Origin: a virus | Lineage: Duplodnaviria > Heunggongvirae > Uroviricota > Caudoviricetes | Length of the DNA stretch: 64,000 bases | Strand: one strand, 5' to 3' | IMG/VR virus record: IMGVR_UViG_3300031911_000001 | Location: 37,881-101,880 of that record | Part shown: in pieces, positions 60,839 to 64,000 of the stretch | How the letters are laid out: each line of letters starts with the position of its first letter | How positions within the stretch are numbered: the stretch's first letter is position 1 | Made by a program: the position numbers and the translations under genes | Notes under the pieces: model-generated | Told to the model about the DNA's origin: nothing | Databases searched by the model: none | What the model saw: only the letters and a program-made list of their open reading frames with translations

Positions 60839-61378
60839 TCAAACCTGCAAGGATGTCGTCGCAATCAATTCATCGCTGTAGACTCGCTTGACCAGCTTGT
60901 ACTTTGGTAAGAGAATGATCTCTCTGAAAATCTGCTCAGAATACCAGCGGCAGATGATCTTCGTGTCGAGGTCGACATGATAGAAGTTGCAACCCTGTTG
61001 GACGTACTTCAGCATGTGGTCCATGAGCCTGTACTCACGGAGGTAGAAGACGTCACGGACGCCTGCGTTGAACAGGTCATCCATGCAGTCCGGGCAGGGG
61101 CTGTCGGTGACGAACAGGACAGCTTCCTTAGCGGTCTCACGACTGCCCCAGAGCTTGTTTAAGGCATTAATCTCGGCATGACGTACACCGGGCTTCGTGT
61201 TGCCGTTTTCGTCCTCACAGCAGTTGCATTCCCCCGGGCGGGTGCCGTTGTAGCCGATGGCGATCGGGGTTCCACCCTTCACCAGCAGAGCACCGACCTT
61301 GCGGCGAACACAGCTGCTCAGTTGAGCATAGACCTTGGCTGCCTCAAGGTGTGCAAAGACAAATTTTCTTTTGATCAT
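60839..61378 (-). CDS. dCMP deaminase (T4 cd-like)
   Basis: HAEINAL...SPCPDC zinc-binding deaminase motifs. Confidence 0.8.
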   Translation of the reverse strand: MIKRKFVFAHLEAAKVYAQLSSCVRRKVGALLVKGGTPIAIGYNGTRPGECNCCEDENGNTKPGVRHAEINALNKLWGSRETAKEAVLFVTDSPCPDCMDDLFNAGVRDVFYLREYRLMDHMLKYVQQGCNFYHVDLDTKIICRWYSEQIFREIILLPKYKLVKRVYSDELIATTSLQV

Positions 61379-61593
61379 TGTGCTCTTCGTTATTCAGTGG
61401 AGGCGGCCGTTTGACCTCCGGGTTAGCATATTCCGGCTCTTATCAAGGAGGTGGGGCCAGACATCGAAACTTCCTCCCACAGTCTGGCGGAATGCCCGTT
61501 GGCATTCCTCGTCACCCTACGCATATGCAAGACGTCATGAATTGTGGGCAGTACCCGCACCCTAGCCTTTCGGCTGAGATTCGTTGTTGGGCA

Positions 61594-61881
61594 TCAAGCC
61601 TTGACGTCCAGAGGACTCACGGTCGTCGGTGCGCGCTTGGATTTGATTTGACGGGTATCACCATCACGAATCCATTGCTGGATCATCGGGCTCACACCGC
61701 CATAACCGGCATTGCGAGCGTCATGGAGGACACGACGACGGACCTGATGCAGGTTCAGGTCTACACCCTCGGCCTTTGCCAGATTCACAAGGAACTGGGC
61801 CAGGACGGTGGTGTTGTTGTTGCGGACGATACCGTCCTTCTTCACATTGGCGATCTTAGTCATTTTGACTTTACCTTTCAT
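61594..61881 (-). CDS. hypothetical protein (95 aa)
   Basis: ORF. Confidence 0.5.
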   Translation of the reverse strand: MKGKVKMTKIANVKKDGIVRNNNTTVLAQFLVNLAKAEGVDLNLHQVRRRVLHDARNAGYGGVSPMIQQWIRDGDTRQIKSKRAPTTVSPLDVKA

Positions 61882-62078
61882 TAAACACGGGTTGCGTTGC
61901 GGAGGTTCTCGTAGACGTCAGATGCTCGGTAGCGCTCTGGACCAACATCGCATTCGGCGAAGTAGGCATGGGCTGCCTGCTCTGCGGCTCGAATCTTGGT
62001 GTCACGATCCTGCTTGAGAATCTTGATCTTTTCAGTCTGGCTCAACGGTTCAGACGATGTTACTACGGCCATTTTCAA
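61881..62078 (-). CDS. hypothetical protein (65 aa)
   Basis: ORF, overlapping start/stop. Confidence 0.45.
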   Translation of the reverse strand: MKMAVVTSSEPLSQTEKIKILKQDRDTKIRAAEQAAHAYFAECDVGPERYRASDVYENLRNATRV

Positions 62079-62083
62079 TTCCT

Positions 62084-62482
62084 TCAGACGAGTTTGCCAC
62101 CATGCTTGTGGGAGCGGGTTGAGTTGTACTTCAGCTTTGCCACGACGGCTTCTGCCAGACGGAGGTCTTCCTTCTCGGCGTAGTCCATGCTTCGGATCAC
62201 GACGTCGGCCAGTTCTTCCTCTTCACAGGTGAATTCAGGAATCTTCTCTGATGGCTTCATCGGCTTGCGACAGGCCTCGGTCATCTCTGCGACTTCCGAG
62301 ACGATGAGCATCTGCTTGCTCAGCTTCTTGTCGACGCTCGACGGTCCACGATCTTGGCTTTCATGCCAGCCCTTGGAGGTGTTGACATTGAATACCTCCA
62401 GTTGCTTGCGCTTGAAGCCAAAGATAAAGGAGGCGTCAATCTCTCGTTGGACTGACGGCGGCATGATGTTTTCGATGCTCAC
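62084..62482 (-). CDS. MazG-like nucleotide pyrophosphohydrolase
   Basis: EVAEMTEA...EEELADVVI (EExxE/D motifs). Confidence 0.6.
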   Translation of the reverse strand: MSIENIMPPSVQREIDASFIFGFKRKQLEVFNVNTSKGWHESQDRGPSSVDKKLSKQMLIVSEVAEMTEACRKPMKPSEKIPEFTCEEEELADVVIRSMDYAEKEDLRLAEAVVAKLKYNSTRSHKHGGKLV

Positions 62483-63273
62483 TTGAAATCTCCGGTGAAA
62501 ATGGTCATGTTGGCGTAGGCGTCAATGAGGTCGCACATCATGCGTTCCTCAAAGTCTGGGTTCGGAATGGTCTTGTAGCCTCGCATCAGGTCCATGCTGT
62601 ACTCGTTGAGTGGGCTCAGTGGGCTCACCCCGACGTAGTCTTCGTAGATGTCGAAGTTGCGCAGGATCAGGGCTCGCTTGACGCACTGGAGGCACTTGCC
62701 ACAGGGTTGGCCGTGATTGTGCCAGCAACTGGTCGTCGCCTTGAGTTCTTCACGAGTGACGAGGTTGTTGTCGAGGCAGTACCGCACGGCGTCAAACTTG
62801 GTCCAACCCAGACGGGAGAAGGGGAAGACGACTTCGACGTTGTCAACGAATGGGCTCAAGACGTAGTTGAGGGTGTCACTCATCTTCGACCGGAACATCT
62901 CGTTCTTGTCGGTCGCACGATCATTGTCCTCATCGAAGAGAACACCGAGCCAGATTTCGTTCGGCAGGTAATAGCTGGCGGCCATGGCAGCAAACACCAT
63001 GTTGCGACCGGGGATGTAGATCGGGCCTGCAAGGGGCATCGACTTCTTGGCAACCGGTTTGATCTCGTCACCGAGCCAATCGATCTTCTTGATCTTGATG
63101 TCGGCGGGCAGCCCGCTCATCTCTTGCTCAAGGGCTTCTTGACCATGATCGATGAACATGGTGATGACCTCGGCCTGCGGGTATGCGTGTTTCGCAAACC
63201 GCTGCATGAGCAGGGAGTCAAGTCCCCCGCTGTACAGGATAACGATTCGGTTCGTTGGGTTTGGTGTGTTCAT
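62479..63273 (-). CDS. queC: 7-cyano-7-deazaguanine synthase QueC
   Basis: PP-loop ILYSGGLDS. C-terminal CGKCLQC zinc motif. 264 aa. Confidence 0.75.
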   Translation of the reverse strand: MNTPNPTNRIVILYSGGLDSLLMQRFAKHAYPQAEVITMFIDHGQEALEQEMSGLPADIKIKKIDWLGDEIKPVAKKSMPLAGPIYIPGRNMVFAAMAASYYLPNEIWLGVLFDEDNDRATDKNEMFRSKMSDTLNYVLSPFVDNVEVVFPFSRLGWTKFDAVRYCLDNNLVTREELKATTSCWHNHGQPCGKCLQCVKRALILRNFDIYEDYVGVSPLSPLNEYSMDLMRGYKTIPNPDFEERMMCDLIDAYANMTIFTGDFK

Positions 63274-63297
63274 GTGTCTATTCTAAGGGGTCAATCT

Positions 63298-64000
63298 TCA
63301 ATCAAAGAACGCAGACAGTGACGTCTCTGGTCCCTTGATGGTGTGCTGTTTGCCGGTCGTTGACAGGAACGTTCCGGCCTTCAACTGTTGGCGCTTGTAG
63401 TGGGTCTTGGCCTTGTGGGCACCATGGACGTCTTCAATCGACGGCTTGCGTCCAAGACCCTCCATGTAAGAACCGTATAGGAAGTCGTCATTCGCAGTGA
63501 ACAGGGTCTTGGTAGGGGTATGAGGGTGATCCTCCGAAAGCAGCTCCAACCATGCTTTCCGTGCGCGCTGGTCGTACTCCTGTCCCTCTTTCAGTTGTCC
63601 GAATCCTTCTACCGGTTGCTCGTGGATGAACTTGGCGTATTTGGCCCGGTTTTCCTTCGTCGTCTTGATGAGAGCGAAGCCCTCGGACTCAAAGTTCTTG
63701 TGCCAGTAGCAATCACCGTCTACGATGACCGGACACTGGGCCATACCCTCAAGGCAAGAGAAGCTGAAGTTCTCGTGACGTGATGGATGGTAGACCAGCT
63801 TGGCCGAGGAAATGAAGTCAACCTTCTCCTGACCGAAGATGCCTGACTTGATCTCGTAGTCCGTGATCCCTGCTTCCTTGAAAGCCTTCTCGAACTTGGC
63901 GACACCACGGGGGCCGGTCATGACCTTTGCGGGGAGGCCAGACTCCTTGATCAGTGCGACGAATTCCTCTGGGCGCTTGCGTGGTTCCCAACGGCCATTG
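63298..64000 (-). CDS. GT1-family glycosyltransferase, C-terminal part (N-terminus beyond window)
   Basis: ENFSFSCLEGMAQCPVIV matches the GT-B C-terminal E-x7-E/nucleotide-sugar motif. Reading frame stays open to the window edge upstream of Met 63921. Confidence 0.5.
   Translation of the reverse strand, partial: NGRWEPRKRPEEFVALIKESGLPAKVMTGPRGVAKFEKAFKEAGITDYEIKSGIFGQEKVDFISSAKLVYHPSRHENFSFSCLEGMAQCPVIVDGDCYWHKNFESEGFALIKTTKENRAKYAKFIHEQPVEGFGQLKEGQEYDQRARKAWLELLSEDHPHTPTKTLFTANDDFLYGSYMEGLGRKPSIEDVHGAHKAKTHYKRQQLKAGTFLSTTGKQHTIKGPETSLSAFFD

Noticed and set aside
1-64000. CRISPR arrays, integrase/transposase, prophage attachment sites
   Set aside because: No spaced direct-repeat array, no tyrosine/serine recombinase or transposase motifs, and no host-like flanks were seen. 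The window looks like contiguous lytic-phage DNA.

Overview
This 64 kb window is a segment of a T4-like (Tevenvirinae/Straboviridae-type) myovirus genome with unusually high GC (about 55%). The core genes were recognised from T4 homology. They are a gp47 Mre11-like nuclease fragment, the gp55 late sigma factor, RNase HI, topoisomerase II (a fused gp39/gp60 large subunit plus gp52), the gp32 single-strand DNA-binding protein, ATP-dependent DNA ligase, NrdA/NrdB, the UvsW helicase, dCMP deaminase, a NudE-like Nudix protein, and candidate baseplate/tape-measure proteins. The layout is a minus-strand block (1-2532), a long plus-strand block (2581-44351) and a minus-strand block (44354-64000); the few plus-strand genes inside that last block include a GH19 endolysin. 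A roughly 7.7 kb RNA island (7545-15237) holds about 24 canonical tRNAs, several atypical tRNA-like elements, an HNH homing endonuclease, a few small proteins and an apparently circularly permuted two-piece tmRNA. Two more tRNAs lie outside the island at 16490 and 18473. A sigma70-type promoter fused to a nearly identical 5' UTR (core CCACTTGGAGAAGTGAAATG, with the Shine-Dalgarno GGAG in the loop of a 5-bp hairpin) recurs at least 9 times in front of small early genes on both strands. Accessory content includes a secreted collagen-like protein with a YadA-like C-terminal anchor, a NADAR-domain protein, AlkB, and a QueC / MazG / dCMP deaminase / GT1 glycosyltransferase cluster that suggests 7-deazaguanine DNA modification. 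There are two lysis cassettes (SleB-like hydrolase plus a small membrane protein; GH19 endolysin plus overlapping i/o-spanins plus a small membrane protein), a RuvC-like resolvase, a PD-(D/E)XK nuclease and many small hypothetical early genes. All coordinates come from manual reading of the sequence. The tRNA folds were done by eye.
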